From an uncultured Candidatus Rokubacteria bacterium (lineage in GTDB: Bacteria; Methylomirabilota; Methylomirabilia; Rokubacteriales; CSP1-6): a DNA stretch of 64,000 nucleotides. Positions 34,967 to 45,819 of the stretch are shown here, piece after piece. Every line of letters begins with the position of its first letter. The stretch's first letter is position 1. The notes below the pieces were generated by a model. The model did no database searches. It worked only from the letters and a program-made list of their open reading frames with translations, and was not told where the DNA came from. Where the stretch lies: the NCBI GenBank assembly GCA_963762145.1, contig CAVXJS010000011.1, positions 768,001 through 832,000 of the forward strand, read 5' to 3'. The translations under genes and the position numbers were made by a program.

Positions 34967-36680
34967 GGCAGGTCTGCCTTGCGCTCGACCCAGCTGATCC
35001 CTTCCGGGACCCGGAACTTGGTCACGGCATCGACGCTCTCGCTTCGTCCCGCTGAACCAGTCCTCCTGGTCCCACAGGATCCCCTGAGGCATGAGGACCT
35101 TCGCCACCACCCTCCGCCCGGCGCCGGGCAGCGAGACCGGCTTGAGGGTCCGGGGGGCCAAGTGGTCTTTGTCCGGGAGGTAGAGAGTCGGTCGCATGTC
35201 CCCGAGGGAAGCCGTACCCCGATAGCGGACGATCAGGGTGTAGACGCCAGGCTTCAGGCCCCTGAGGTAGAACATGGCCGATGGCGCGCCGTTGGTGGTC
35301 TCCTCGACGGCCGGCAGCCTCATGGTCTGGACGGGGCGTCGAGGCGCTCGGATGCGCGCGCCAGGTGGCGCTGACCTCCACGGACGGACTCGTCGGTCCC
35401 TGCCGGCCACGGCATGACCAGGACGCCCGACGTAGGGCGGGCGCCGGCCGTCCGGATGGTCACCGTGCCGCTCCGGCGCACTACGTCTCCGCCAGATGCC
35501 TCCGCCGAAGATGCACCAGCGGGTCGGTCAAGAGGACGGATGAGGCGGAACTTCCCGGCGCTCGCGGTGACCGGGATGCGGCGGTCGTTGGCGACGATCC
35601 AGACCGTGGTCAGGCTCTGGTCGTCGACCTGTCCCTCGACGACCGCGACAGGCGGATCGTCCGGGCCAAGGCTGAGCCCGTCGGGCGGGCTCGTGAGCGC
35701 GATGCCACTCGATGAAGGGCGTGCGACGTACTGGACCGTGATCGTGTCCTCGGCCTCCAGCCCGCCCTGGCCGTCACGACCGCACGAGCTCGTTCGCCCC
35801 GGCCGAAGCAGGGCGGCGGTCTCGAAGGTCCGACCGGGTCAGTGGTCACCTCGGCCGGGACCCCGTTGACGTAGACCATGAGCCGCTCGGGCAGGCCTCC
35901 CAGGATCGGCCAGACACCGTCTGGGCGGGATCATCGGCGACCCATGACCTCGGGCCATCCAGTCGTACGAGGGCGCGCTCCCGGTTGAGCCCGAAGGCGG
36001 ATCGAGGTTGGGCTGGCGCCGGCGCGGGAGCGACCGCGACCGGAACGGAAGGCTTCTTGGCAGCCGCACTTTCCCGGAGCTCGACGGCCGTCTGGGGCAG
36101 GTCCGGGACCGAGGTGAGTGTTTTGGCCGGCTGGGCGGTGGGCGGGCTCGCCATGGCCTTGGGAGGAGGCTCCGGCCAGCCCGCGTCGAGCCGCATATCG
36201 ATGCCGAGGTCCGGGGGAGCGGTCACACCAGGCCCGTTCGCGGAAGCCGACACCGCCGACTCGAGCGCCGGCCGTTGCGGGGCGGATCCCGGCGCCTCGA
36301 CGGGTGGCACCGAAGACTGGGCGGCCGGCATTGCCACCAGCTCGCTCCTCGATGCGCCGCGCGCCGGGCCGGCCGACGGCGCGCTCGTCTTCGTGGAGTG
36401 CGCCGCCGCCGCGCGCTCGCCGGCGGCGATCGCCGCGGGGACGAGTGCGGGAGGATCAGGACGGAGTCATCGCGGCCAGATCCATGAGGACCGTGGGGAC
36501 GTCCTCGCCGCCCGGTCTCTCGGGGAGGGCATTCGTGAGGCGGACCAAGCTCATGATGAGCGCGACATGTAGGATCAGGGACGCCAGGAAGGCCAGACCG
36601 ACCATCTCGTCGGGAAGGCGCCGGAGCCCGTGGGCCCGGTTGAACGGCGAATACCGCCGGGAGCGACCGAGCCCCATCAC
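34963..36680 (-). CDS. Bitopic protein with TonB-like anchor, Pro/Ala linker and Ig-like domains; multiple frameshifts
   Basis: ASLILHVAL TM segment, long P/A/S linker and beta-rich segments (TVSGR..VYVNG, ALTSPPDG..VEGQV) stitched across frames. Confidence 0.5.
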
Positions 36681-36688
36681 TGGGATCG

Positions 36689-37519
36689 CTACTCGCGGGC
36701 CGGTCTGATCTGGAGCGCTTCGACCGGCCTCAGGACTTCGACGGATCTCAAGGATCCCGCCACGATGTCGTCCGCGCGTCCCTCCTGAGGCTCGACCGCA
36801 GACAGGGGCGCAGGCGGGCGGACATCACGGCGCACGGTGGACTGGCCGAGGGCGGAGGAAGAGGAAGGGGTCGGCTTCGGGGGCGAGATAGCGGCCGCTG
36901 GCACGGTCGCGACGCCGGCGGAAGTCGGGACGACGAAGATAGGGGTCGAGGTCACGGTCGCCACCGGGTGGGACTCGGGCCTTGGCGGCGCGGGTGAAGC
37001 GTCGCGTGCCTGCTCGATCCGCGTGCCAAGTCGCTCGATCTCCCGGTGCAGACGGCGGAGGTCCTCGCTCCCCGCGTCCGGCCCGGGCGCGGCCCTCTCG
37101 CGCGCGCTCGCGCCCGTGAATCGCGCGAGCGAGGCCGCGATCTGGTTGAGGAACTCCTCGCTGGTCTGCTTGTCGGCGAACAACCCTCCCGCCTCGACCC
37201 GGACGGATACCTTGGTCATGCTGGTGGTGACACGCTCGAGCGTCCCGTGGACCGTCACCGCTTCCCCGGTGCCGCTGAGGCGCCATTTGGCTCCTGCCTT
37301 CTCCGTTTGATCGAGGCGGACCGCCATCCGGGCCAGGCATCCGATGTGGCGCCCCACGTGGTCTCGAGGTCCGCCGGCAGGGTGCGGTCAACGCTCCGGT
37401 CCACGATGGCCGTGACGGAGCTGGCCAGGGGGCCCATGAGGGCCAGCCCGGCCGTCGCGCACCCTCCGGCCGTCAACCCGCCGAGCCATGAGCACGAGAA
37501 GCGAGAGCAGTGAGCGCAC
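36689..37519 (-). CDS. Lipoprotein, DUF3568-like, frameshifted
   Basis: Signal peptide plus GGC lipobox; TKVSVRV...DKQTSEEFLNQI; coiled coil and low-complexity tail. Confidence 0.5.
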
Positions 37520-37531
37520 GATGCGTCGCCT

Positions 37532-38738
37532 TTACCTCACCAGCTTGAGCTTCGCGGTCGCGGTGATGGGTCCCGGGGTGGGAGCCGGAGGCGCCGGATT
37601 GTACTGGCAATCGTAGTACCCAAAGATCCCCTTCTGACCGGCCCAGCCCGGCGGGAGCGACGTGGCGGTGCCATTCTTGCTTGCGAAGCAGTGGGCATCC
37701 CACGGATTGCCGGCCCAGTGATTGGCCACTGCGCAGTTCCCGTTGCTGTTGAGGATCTGGGTGATGACGAAGCGCGTCCACCCCACGATCTGCAGGCTCC
37801 CGTTGACGGCCCCCGGTGGGCAGCTCCCGCCGGTGTCGATCACCGGCACGTGAACCTCCCAGCCGTGCCCGCTGTAGGCCGTCGATCCGTCCTGATTGAG
37901 CACGGTGATGTCCGGAGGAGAGCTGCTGTAGATCTGCGGGAACTCGGTCATCAGATAGTTGATGATGCTGTTCATCTCGCCGTTGCTCGCCGGGACCGAG
38001 TCCCCCTGGTTGAGTGCGGTCCCGTTGCACGACTCCGTTGACCGCAGCCTCCACCTGCGACGTGGCGGCCGAGATTGTTGATGTTCGTCGCGCCGGGATC
38101 CAGGTTCACCCACGCGGCCGAGTTCGCGCCAACCGCGGACGAGTCACTGCTGCTGATGAAGCTGACGGTGGCGCCGCAGCCCAGCGAGGTCGGGCCTCCG
38201 AAGAAGCACGAGCTGAGCGCCTACCGGGAAAACGCAGGCGTTCGGCGGGGTCGTGGCCGGCTGGGCGGCCCAGGCGATGGCCATGGCTCCGCTGTTGAGG
38301 CTGTTGACGCCGATCAGCCGGAGGAAGGACGTCGGCACCGCCGTCGCGAACCGGCACTGGACCGCGTTGACCTTCGTGCCGTCGAGCGACGGCGCGAAGG
38401 TGCTGCCGTTCCAGATCCCGAGGACGATGTTCCCGCCGGGCGCATTGGCGGTGTTCAGATTGAGATTCACGGTGCCGGTCCGGTACGGATTCAGCAACGC
38501 ATAGTCGCGGGCCCATTGACGCGCGGCCGGGAAGAAGGTATCGTTGAAGCCGAGCTTGCCGGCGCCGGCGAGTGCGGCCGCGTCCATCGTGACGCTGCAG
38601 CTCGTCGTCCACCGCGCCGTAGTAGGCCAGGTCCATGGCGAGGCCGCCGATGATGATCATAAGCGGCACGACGAGGATCGTGGTGAAGAGCAGGATGCTC
38701 CCGCGTTGGTCTCTTGCCCAGCGACGCATCTTGTCCAT
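37532..38738 (-). CDS. tadG: TadG-like pseudopilin / putative tip adhesin, frameshifted
   Basis: DQRG|SILLF..., GLAMDL, ELQ..DAAALAGA Tad domain; Cys-rich C-terminal region. Confidence 0.7.
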
Positions 38739-38758
38739 GGCGGCTCCCTTGTGTGCCG

Positions 38759-39380
38759 TTACCGGGTGAAGCTGGAGGACTTCGATGTCCTGCCAGGGGA
38801 TATCCGACGCGCCCGTCCACAGAGGCGCCGCGGATGATGGCCGAGCCCAGATTGACGTAGTCGGCGGCGATGCGACCGCCGTCGGCCAGGGCGATGTCGG
38901 CCCCGTAGCGGACGTGGGTCGCCGCCACGTAGGGAGGCAGGGAGCTGTCAAGCACCGGCTGGCGCTTGAACGTGATGCTGGAGATGCTGCCGAGCGGGAT
39001 CTGGGTGGCCACGCCGCCGCGATAGGCCGTGATCTCCTGGGCCTGGCGGTGCCCCTGGATGGTGTCCGGGCTGTCCTTGCCGAAGAACCGGTTCAGCGTC
39101 GCCACCGAGGGGTCGGCCGACTCGCGGCTGAGACCTCCTCCCAGCGTCAAGCTGGTGAAGTTGGTGGCTTGCCCGCCTCACTCCCGGTCTCGCCGCCCCC
39201 CTCCCGCGGCCTGGAGACGATCGAGTAGAAGACCTCGAGAGAGGGCTGCGAGAGGCGCCAGGACTGGCCAGCCCAGGTCTTCACGTCGGCGGTCGTCTCC
39301 TGCGCGGATGCCGGCAGCGAGAAGGTGGCGATGGCGATCCAGAGGAGCGCCAGGGTCGTGATCAGCGCGCGTCGGTTCAT
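38759..39380 (-). CDS. Secreted hypothetical protein, frameshifted
   Basis: Signal peptide ASA|Q; repeated IP...I..I.F motifs (IPLGSISSITF, IPWQDIEVL). Confidence 0.5.
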
Positions 39381-39396
39381 GTGTCGGTCTCCATTG

Positions 39397-40344
39397 TCAG
39401 TTTTTACCGAGGGTCTTGAGCAGCTTCAGGAGCCCCAGCAGTGAGGGCGCCATCGTGACGAGGAAGAAGGAGGGCATGAGGAAGAACACGGTCGGGAGCA
39501 GCATCTTGAGCGGGGCGAGGTGCGCCCGCTCTTCGGCGCGGTGCCGGCGCTGCACGCGCGCGGAATCGGCGTGGACCCGTAGGGTCTTGCCGAGCGGCGT
39601 CCCGAGCTTCTCGGTCTGGACGAAGGCGGTGACCATCGCCTTGATCTCGTCGGTCCCGGTTCGCTGCCCGAACGCCCGGAGGGCCTCGGTGCGGGGGCGG
39701 CCCGCCCTGATCTCGAGGTGCATCCGGAGCATCTCCTGGTGCAGCGGGTTGTGGCGGCCTTCGGGCTGCTCCGCCACCCGGGCCACTGCCGCGTCGAGGC
39801 CCATCCCGGCCTCGACGCAGACCATCAGCATATCGAGCACGTCCGGCAGCGTATGGACGATCTCCCGCTTGCGGGCCTTGATCCGGTTGTGGACCCAGAA
39901 GTCGGGGAGGAAGAACCCGATGACGGCCAGGATCACGGAGATCGCCATCAGGCGCTGGCTGGGGACGACTCTGAGGAGGAGTGCCGTGTAGAGGAAGTAT
40001 CCGACGCCGGCCAGGGCCGCGAGCCCCACCTTGGCGCCGACGAACAGGAGCACGGCCCGCGGCTCGTGGTAGCCCGCCCAGATCAGGCGCTGCCGGTACT
40101 TCGTCGGCGCGGTCTCCGGCGAGCCCGCCACCGCGCGGCCGATGCGCTCGGCGGTGCGCTCCCAGGCCGCGGCCGGCTCGCCCGTCCAGCGCAAGATCGA
40201 GGTCGGCCCGCTGCTCGGGGCCGAACCGGTCCTGAGCCGCTCGCGCTGCACGGCCGGCCACCACCGGAGCAGCATCATTCCGGCCAGGAACGTGATCCCG
40301 GCCACCATGAGGAACGAGAGGATGACGACGGTGATGGGGTTCAT
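39397..40344 (-). CDS. tadC: Tad pilus platform protein TadC
   Basis: LPDVLDMLMVCVEAGMGLDAA and R..RAEERA...PLKM. Confidence 0.9.
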   Translation of the reverse strand: MNPITVVILSFLMVAGITFLAGMMLLRWWPAVQRERLRTGSAPSSGPTSILRWTGEPAAAWERTAERIGRAVAGSPETAPTKYRQRLIWAGYHEPRAVLLFVGAKVGLAALAGVGYFLYTALLLRVVPSQRLMAISVILAVIGFFLPDFWVHNRIKARKREIVHTLPDVLDMLMVCVEAGMGLDAAVARVAEQPEGRHNPLHQEMLRMHLEIRAGRPRTEALRAFGQRTGTDEIKAMVTAFVQTEKLGTPLGKTLRVHADSARVQRRHRAEERAHLAPLKMLLPTVFFLMPSFFLVTMAPSLLGLLKLLKTLGKN

Positions 40345-40351
40345 GGGCGCC

Positions 40352-41296
40352 TCATACCTTGATCTGGGCGATCCGCCAGACCATGAAGAATCCGATCGCC
40401 TCGAGGACCAGCCCGGCGCCCACGAGCAAGGGGCCGATCGGATCGGTCGTCAGCGCGGTGAAATAACCCGGGTGCATGAGCTCGAAAAGGATCGCGAAGA
40501 GCGCGGGACTCAGCCCGACGCAGACTGCCGACCAGCGGTGCTGGGACGAGAGCACGCGCGCATAGCTCAGGATCTTGAATCGCTCGCGGATCACCTCGGC
40601 GAGCCGCTCGAGCACCTCGGCCAGATTGCCCCCGACCCCGCGCTGGATCCGAATGGCGGTGCAGAAGAAACCGATGTCCTCCACCGGGACGCGCGTCTGG
40701 AGCCGGAAGAGAGCCTCGCCCGGATCCATCCCGAGGCGGATCTCCTCGTCCACGCGGCGGAACTCCGCTCCGACCGGATCGGGCATGTCCTCGCCGACGA
40801 CCCGGATGGCACCCGACAGGGCGTTGCCCGCCCGGATCGCTCGCGTGATCGTGTCGAGAGCATCCGGGAACTGGTTCTGGAACGCGTTGAGGCGCCGCCG
40901 CCGTAGGTACATCAGGTACACGATCGGAAGGGAGCCGAAGGTGAAACCTGCGATGAGCCCCCAGAACAACGCCCCGGTCCGGAGCCAGCCACCGGCCCCC
41001 CCGATGACCACGAAGGCCGCGATGATCAGCACGACATCGCCGGTCGTTCCCTTGTAGGCCGATTGCGTGACGAGGGCAGCCAGCCGCTTCATCAGACCGG
41101 TGCCGCCCAGCATGTCGCCGAGGGCCCCGTCGATGCGCTCGACGTCGGACCGGAGGATTCCCGTCGGGCCGTCCGCGGGGCCGGGCCGCTTGAGGCGGGC
41201 CCTCACGGCCCGCTCGGCCTGCGCGACCCACCACAGGCCGACGACCAGGACGACGATGGCGAGGAAGATGAGGCCCGCGATCGTCAGGGCCATCAT
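40352..41296 (-). CDS. tadB: Tad pilus platform protein TadB
   Basis: [10 protein letters not shown]...IRAG and [13 protein letters not shown]. Confidence 0.9.
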   Translation of the reverse strand: MMALTIAGLIFLAIVVLVVGLWWVAQAERAVRARLKRPGPADGPTGILRSDVERIDGALGDMLGGTGLMKRLAALVTQSAYKGTTGDVVLIIAAFVVIGGAGGWLRTGALFWGLIAGFTFGSLPIVYLMYLRRRRLNAFQNQFPDALDTITRAIRAGNALSGAIRVVGEDMPDPVGAEFRRVDEEIRLGMDPGEALFRLQTRVPVEDIGFFCTAIRIQRGVGGNLAEVLERLAEVIRERFKILSYARVLSSQHRWSAVCVGLSPALFAILFELMHPGYFTALTTDPIGPLLVGAGLVLEAIGFFMVWRIAQIKV

Positions 41297-42678
41297 CGCG
41301 CCGCCTCCCGGCGGCCCGGGTCGAAGACCTCCGGTCCGAGGTGGATGCCGGCCCGCTCGAGCCGCTCTGAGAACTTCGGGCGGATGCCGGTCGCCCGGAA
41401 GAAGCCGTGCACTCGCCCGTCCGCGTCGATGCCCTGCTGTTCGAACACGAAGATGTCCTGCGTCGTGACCACGTCCTCCTCCATGCCGACCACCTCCGTC
41501 ACCCGCGTCACCTTGCGGGTGCCGTCCGAGAGCCGGGCCAGGTGGACAATCAGGTCGAGCGCGGACGCGATGTAGTCGCGCATGGCCCGCACCGGAAGGG
41601 ATATCCCGGACATGAGGACCATGGTCTCGAGCCGGGAGAGCGCGTCACGGGGGGAGTTGGCATGAACGGTCGAAAGCGAGCCGTCGTGGCCGGTATTCAT
41701 GGCCTGGAGCATGTCCAGGACCTCGGGACCGCGCACCTCGCCGACCACGATGCGGTCGGGCCTCATCCGGAGAGCGTTCCGCAAGAGATCGCGCTGGGTC
41801 ACCGCGCCCTGGCCCTCGATGTTGGGCGGCCGCGTCTCGACCCGGACCACGTGCTCCTGCTGGAGCTGCAGCTCGGCCGAGTCTTCGATGGTCACGATGC
41901 GCTCGGTATTCGGGATCGCGTTCGAGAGCACGTTCAGTATCGTGGTCTTGCCGGCACCGGTGCCGCCCGACACGAGGATGTTGAGCCGGGCCTGCACGGC
42001 GGCCCGGAGGATCTCGGCCAGACCGGAGGGGAGCGTCCCGAACTCGACCATGTCACTCATCCGGTAGGGATCGGCCGCGAAGCGCCGGATGGACAGCACA
42101 GGGCCATCGAGGGCCAGGGGCGGGATCACCGCGTTCACGCGCGATCCGTCGGGCAGACGGGCGTCGACCATCGGGGAGGATTCGTCCACGCGCCGGCCGA
42201 CTGCGGAGACGATGCGCTCGATCACCTGCAAGAGATGGGCATCGTCCCGGAAGATCACCCGCGTGCGCTCGAGCTTGCCACGGCGCTCGATGTAGACCTC
42301 CTTGGATCCGTTGACGAGAATGTCCGAGACGGTCGGGTCCTGCATCAGGGGCTCGAGCGGACCCAGCCCGAATGTCTCGTGCTCGACCTCGAGGGCCAGC
42401 TGCTCGCGCTCCTGCCGGCTGAGAGGCGTGTCGTCGCCCGCGAGCATGTCCTCAACGATGCGGCGGATCTGCTGCTGGACCGCCTCGAGCGGGAGGATGT
42501 CCAGCTTGGCGAGATCGAGGCGCTCGATGAGCTGGCGGTGGATCCGGGTCTTGAGATCGTAGTAGGCGTCCCGGCCGCGGCTAGGGGTGTCGAGGGCACT
42601 GTGACCGTTGCTCGCGGCGGGGGAAACCGGGACCGGCTCCTCCTGGCGCGCCACCGTCCTCCGTTGGAAGAGTCCCAT
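41293..42678 (-). CDS. cpaF: Tad pilus ATPase TadA/CpaF
   Basis: [31 protein letters not shown] and AMNTGHDG. Confidence 0.95.
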   Translation of the reverse strand: MGLFQRRTVARQEEPVPVSPAASNGHSALDTPSRGRDAYYDLKTRIHRQLIERLDLAKLDILPLEAVQQQIRRIVEDMLAGDDTPLSRQEREQLALEVEHETFGLGPLEPLMQDPTVSDILVNGSKEVYIERRGKLERTRVIFRDDAHLLQVIERIVSAVGRRVDESSPMVDARLPDGSRVNAVIPPLALDGPVLSIRRFAADPYRMSDMVEFGTLPSGLAEILRAAVQARLNILVSGGTGAGKTTILNVLSNAIPNTERIVTIEDSAELQLQQEHVVRVETRPPNIEGQGAVTQRDLLRNALRMRPDRIVVGEVRGPEVLDMLQAMNTGHDGSLSTVHANSPRDALSRLETMVLMSGISLPVRAMRDYIASALDLIVHLARLSDGTRKVTRVTEVVGMEEDVVTTQDIFVFEQQGIDADGRVHGFFRATGIRPKFSERLERAGIHLGPEVFDPGRREAAR

Positions 42679-43896
42679 CTATCCGTCTCCTAGGATGCTT
42701 TTGGGGTTCCAGGCAAGGCGCATGAAGGACGAGGACCGCACCGCGCCCGACCGAGAGGGTACGGCGGGGCGGTAGAGCCCGGCCGCCAGCTCGCGCAGAT
42801 TCTTGGCGATCTTGGAGCGGGCCGCCGCGGTGACGACCGGCTGACCGCCGTTGATGGCGGAGACCACGGTGGAGTAGTCGCTGGGGGTCCGCCAGTAGAC
42901 GGGCGCGCCGAGGACCTCCTGGGCGTGCTTGAGGGTCACGTCCTCCCCGGTCCCGTCCCGCATGACGACGATCTTGACTCGCTGGAGGTTGAGCCCGAGA
43001 TGGCGAAGGGCCACGAGGCCGGCCGAGCTCGACCGGAGGGCGGATACGGTCAGGCTGGTGAGATAGAGAATGGTGTCGGAGGCCTCCAGCGCCGCGATGG
43101 TGCCTGGATCGAAGTCGTGCCGGAGGTCGAGCACCACGTGACCGAAGTGGGATCGGATGATCTGGAGAGCCGCCTGGACCCGGTCGCCGGAGAGCTGGCT
43201 GCGCTCGATGCGGGTCGGGCCGGGGAGCACCATGAGCCCACTGGCGTGCTTGACGAGGAGTCCCTGGAGCAGGGAGTCGTCGAGGCGCTCGAGGCTCTCG
43301 AGCGCATCGAGCACCGAGTACGTGTAGCGGAGATTGAGAAAGGTTGCGACGTCGGACTGGCGGGTGTCGAGATCGATCAGGATGGCGCCGTCGGGCGCGC
43401 GCTCGGCGAGGCACACCGCCAGGTTCGTGGCGAGGGTCGTGACACCGAGCCCACCCTTCGTGGAGAAGACCGAGGTGATCCGCCCCGCCCGCGCGGCTGG
43501 CTGGCTGCCCCGGCGAAGGCGGAGGAGCTTCTCGAGCGCGGCGGCCAGATCGGCTCGCTGCACCGGGCGGCGCAGGAACTCCATCGCCCCGGCCCGGATC
43601 GCCTCGATCACGAAGTCGGCGGAAACGTCGGCACCGGTGGCGAAGACCGCGGCGTCGGGGAAGGCGCGCGTCAAGGCGCCCACCACGTTTGCCGGGGAGC
43701 CGTCCGCCGTCTCGTGCGCGACGAGGTCGACGATCACCAGGTCGGGCTTCCGGCTTGGTCCCTCGTGGAGGGCCGGCGAGAGGCGTCCGAACTCGCCCAC
43801 GACCTGCACGGTGGCGATCGCCCCGAGTAGCCGCTTCAGGAGCGCGGTGGACTCGGTGTCGCCACCGACGATGAGGATCCGGAGTGTCGCGGTCAT
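42679..43896 (-). CDS. cpaE: CpaE/TadZ: atypical receiver domain plus MinD/ParA-like domain
   Basis: Receiver-like N-terminus (AIRAGAMEFL); STKGGLGVTTLATNLA deviant Walker A. Confidence 0.85.
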   Translation of the reverse strand: MTATLRILIVGGDTESTALLKRLLGAIATVQVVGEFGRLSPALHEGPSRKPDLVIVDLVAHETADGSPANVVGALTRAFPDAAVFATGADVSADFVIEAIRAGAMEFLRRPVQRADLAAALEKLLRLRRGSQPAARAGRITSVFSTKGGLGVTTLATNLAVCLAERAPDGAILIDLDTRQSDVATFLNLRYTYSVLDALESLERLDDSLLQGLLVKHASGLMVLPGPTRIERSQLSGDRVQAALQIIRSHFGHVVLDLRHDFDPGTIAALEASDTILYLTSLTVSALRSSSAGLVALRHLGLNLQRVKIVVMRDGTGEDVTLKHAQEVLGAPVYWRTPSDYSTVVSAINGGQPVVTAAARSKIAKNLRELAAGLYRPAVPSRSGAVRSSSFMRLAWNPKSILGDG

Positions 43897-43909
43897 CTCG
43901 ATCCCTCGC

Positions 43910-45334
43910 TCATCGGGTCGGCAGATTGCTCTGACCGAACGGGCGCGTCACGACGTCACCCACTCCGGGGATGCCCGGGACGAGCGTGAAGTCCTTCTTC
44001 TCGTCTTCACGGAGGTCCAGGAGCCGCCGGGCGTCAACCCCGGAGCCCGGGGCGTCGGGCTTCACGAGCTTTGCGGTGACGAGGAAGAGCAGCTCGGTCT
44101 CGTTGTTCTGGAAGCGCGTGCTGCGGAAGAGGGCACCCAGGATCGGGATGTCCCCGAGGATCGGGATCTTAGCCACCGCCTGGCGCACCTCGTTGTTGAT
44201 CAGCCCGGCGATCGCGAAGGACTCGCCGTCCTTCACGTTGATCGTGGTGGCGGCCTCGTTCTTCCGGATGACCGGGATATTGAACCCGGCCGAGACCAGG
44301 CCCTGGCTGAAGTCCAGGCTGGAGACCTCCGGCCGGATCTTGAGGTTGATGTTCTCCCCGTCCTGGACCACCGGCAGGAACACGAGCCCCACGCCGAACT
44401 CCTTGAACTGGACGGTGATCGTGTTGTTGTCCTGGGAAATCGGGTAGGGGAACTCGCCCCCCGAGAGGAACTTGGCTTCCTTCCCACTCTGCGTTACCAG
44501 GTTGGGCTTGGCCAGCGTGCGAAGGACGTTGCGGTCGGCTAGCGCGCGCACCACTCCGGCATAGTCACGACTGCCGGAGGAGAGGAAGATGTTGCTGCCC
44601 GCGAGTCCGAAGTCGGGCGAGGTCTGGCCGAAGAGGCCGTTGGCCACCACGGGGCCGACGGCGCCGAGCATCAAGCTGAACGGGTTGCCGGGGGTGGCGG
44701 CGCCCTGGAACGTCTGCCCGAGCGCCCGGGCACTGAACCCGAGCTCCTTCAGGGCCGCGCGGGCGATCTCGGCCACGTGGACCTGGAGCATCACCTGCTG
44801 AGGCTTGACGTCGGTCAGGCTGAGGAGGCTCACCACCTTGCCCTTGGGGGCAAAGACCGAGGCGACCTCGACGACGCCGGCGATCGTGCGCTCGCTCGAG
44901 ACGCTGCCCTCGAGGATGATGGCGTCCTGCGCCGGGTGGATCTGGATGTCGTCGCGGGGAGCAACCTGCTTGATCCGTTCCCGGAGCAGGGCCAGGTCGC
45001 TCTGCACGACCAGGTCGAAGAAGACGGTCTTCGTTGGGTAGAATGCCACGAGCGACGTCGTGCCGACCGCCTTGCCGTTGATGAGGATCTGGCTGGGCGT
45101 GACCACGAAGACGTCCGCGATGGCCGGGTTCGTGACCGAGACCCGGGTGAACGCCTCCTGGAGGTTCAGCACCTGCGACTTGCCGATGGTCACGTCGAGC
45201 CGGATGAGCCCGGGCTCGGCGGCGAAGGCTGGGAGCTGAGCTCCCGCGAAGAGCAGCAGCGTGGCGGCGAGCAGCGAGACCGCAACGCGGGCTCCTGGGC
45301 GATGGTGTCGTGGCATTGCGCGCATATCCCCCAT
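43910..45334 (-). CDS. cpaC: Tad secretin CpaC/RcpA
   Basis: Pil_N domain, BON-like domain, QQVMLQV, FLSGGEFP, KIPILGDIPILGALFRS; start uncertain (45316-45349). Confidence 0.9.
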   Translation of the reverse strand: MGDMRAMPRHHRPGARVAVSLLAATLLLFAGAQLPAFAAEPGLIRLDVTIGKSQVLNLQEAFTRVSVTNPAIADVFVVTPSQILINGKAVGTTSLVAFYPTKTVFFDLVVQSDLALLRERIKQVAPRDDIQIHPAQDAIILEGSVSSERTIAGVVEVASVFAPKGKVVSLLSLTDVKPQQVMLQVHVAEIARAALKELGFSARALGQTFQGAATPGNPFSLMLGAVGPVVANGLFGQTSPDFGLAGSNIFLSSGSRDYAGVVRALADRNVLRTLAKPNLVTQSGKEAKFLSGGEFPYPISQDNNTITVQFKEFGVGLVFLPVVQDGENINLKIRPEVSSLDFSQGLVSAGFNIPVIRKNEAATTINVKDGESFAIAGLINNEVRQAVAKIPILGDIPILGALFRSTRFQNNETELLFLVTAKLVKPDAPGSGVDARRLLDLREDEKKDFTLVPGIPGVGDVVTRPFGQSNLPTR

Positions 45335-45345
45335 GTCTGGCGATC

Positions 45346-45819
45346 TCACTTCTTAGCGGGCTCGGAAACGTCGGGCTTGATCTGGCCTAGCTCCTGCCAG
45401 CGCTGGTCCTTGTCTCGGGCAAAGAGCTGCTCGGTCATGCTGCCACCGCGCTGCACCAGCACCGAGTGGGGCGGCTCCACCCCGCTCGGCGCGGTGACCG
45501 TGCCCACCGGCGACGGATGCACGACCAGGTCGAACTGCCGCGCCGACTTGCCGGAGAAGATGACCAGCGAGGTGATCCCGGGAGTTTTCCCGACGACCAG
45601 GAGCTGGGTCGGGCTGATCACCTGGACGTCGGCAATGTTCGGATTGGCGACCGCGACCTTGCGGGCCGGATCACCGATCTCAAGCACGTGCGACCGATCC
45701 ATGCCCAGGTACAACCGACTGAGTGACTGTGACTGCGCCGCGGATGACCCCGGGGTCACGGCTGCCGCCGCGAGGCCCATGAGCGCGTAGCCGGCGAGGC
45801 GAGCGAGGTGCGGTCGCAT
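45346..45819 (-). CDS. Standalone secretin-N-domain (Pil_N) protein
   Basis: Signal peptide; VAVANPNIADV...LLVVGK.PG.TSL, matching the N-domain of the adjacent CpaC. Confidence 0.8.
   Translation of the reverse strand: MRPHLARLAGYALMGLAAAAVTPGSSAAQSQSLSRLYLGMDRSHVLEIGDPARKVAVANPNIADVQVISPTQLLVVGKTPGITSLVIFSGKSARQFDLVVHPSPVGTVTAPSGVEPPHSVLVQRGGSMTEQLFARDKDQRWQELGQIKPDVSEPAKK

Noticed and set aside
43420-43470. CpaE Walker A lacking the second Lys
   Set aside because: Degenerate Walker A motifs are usual in CpaE/TadZ
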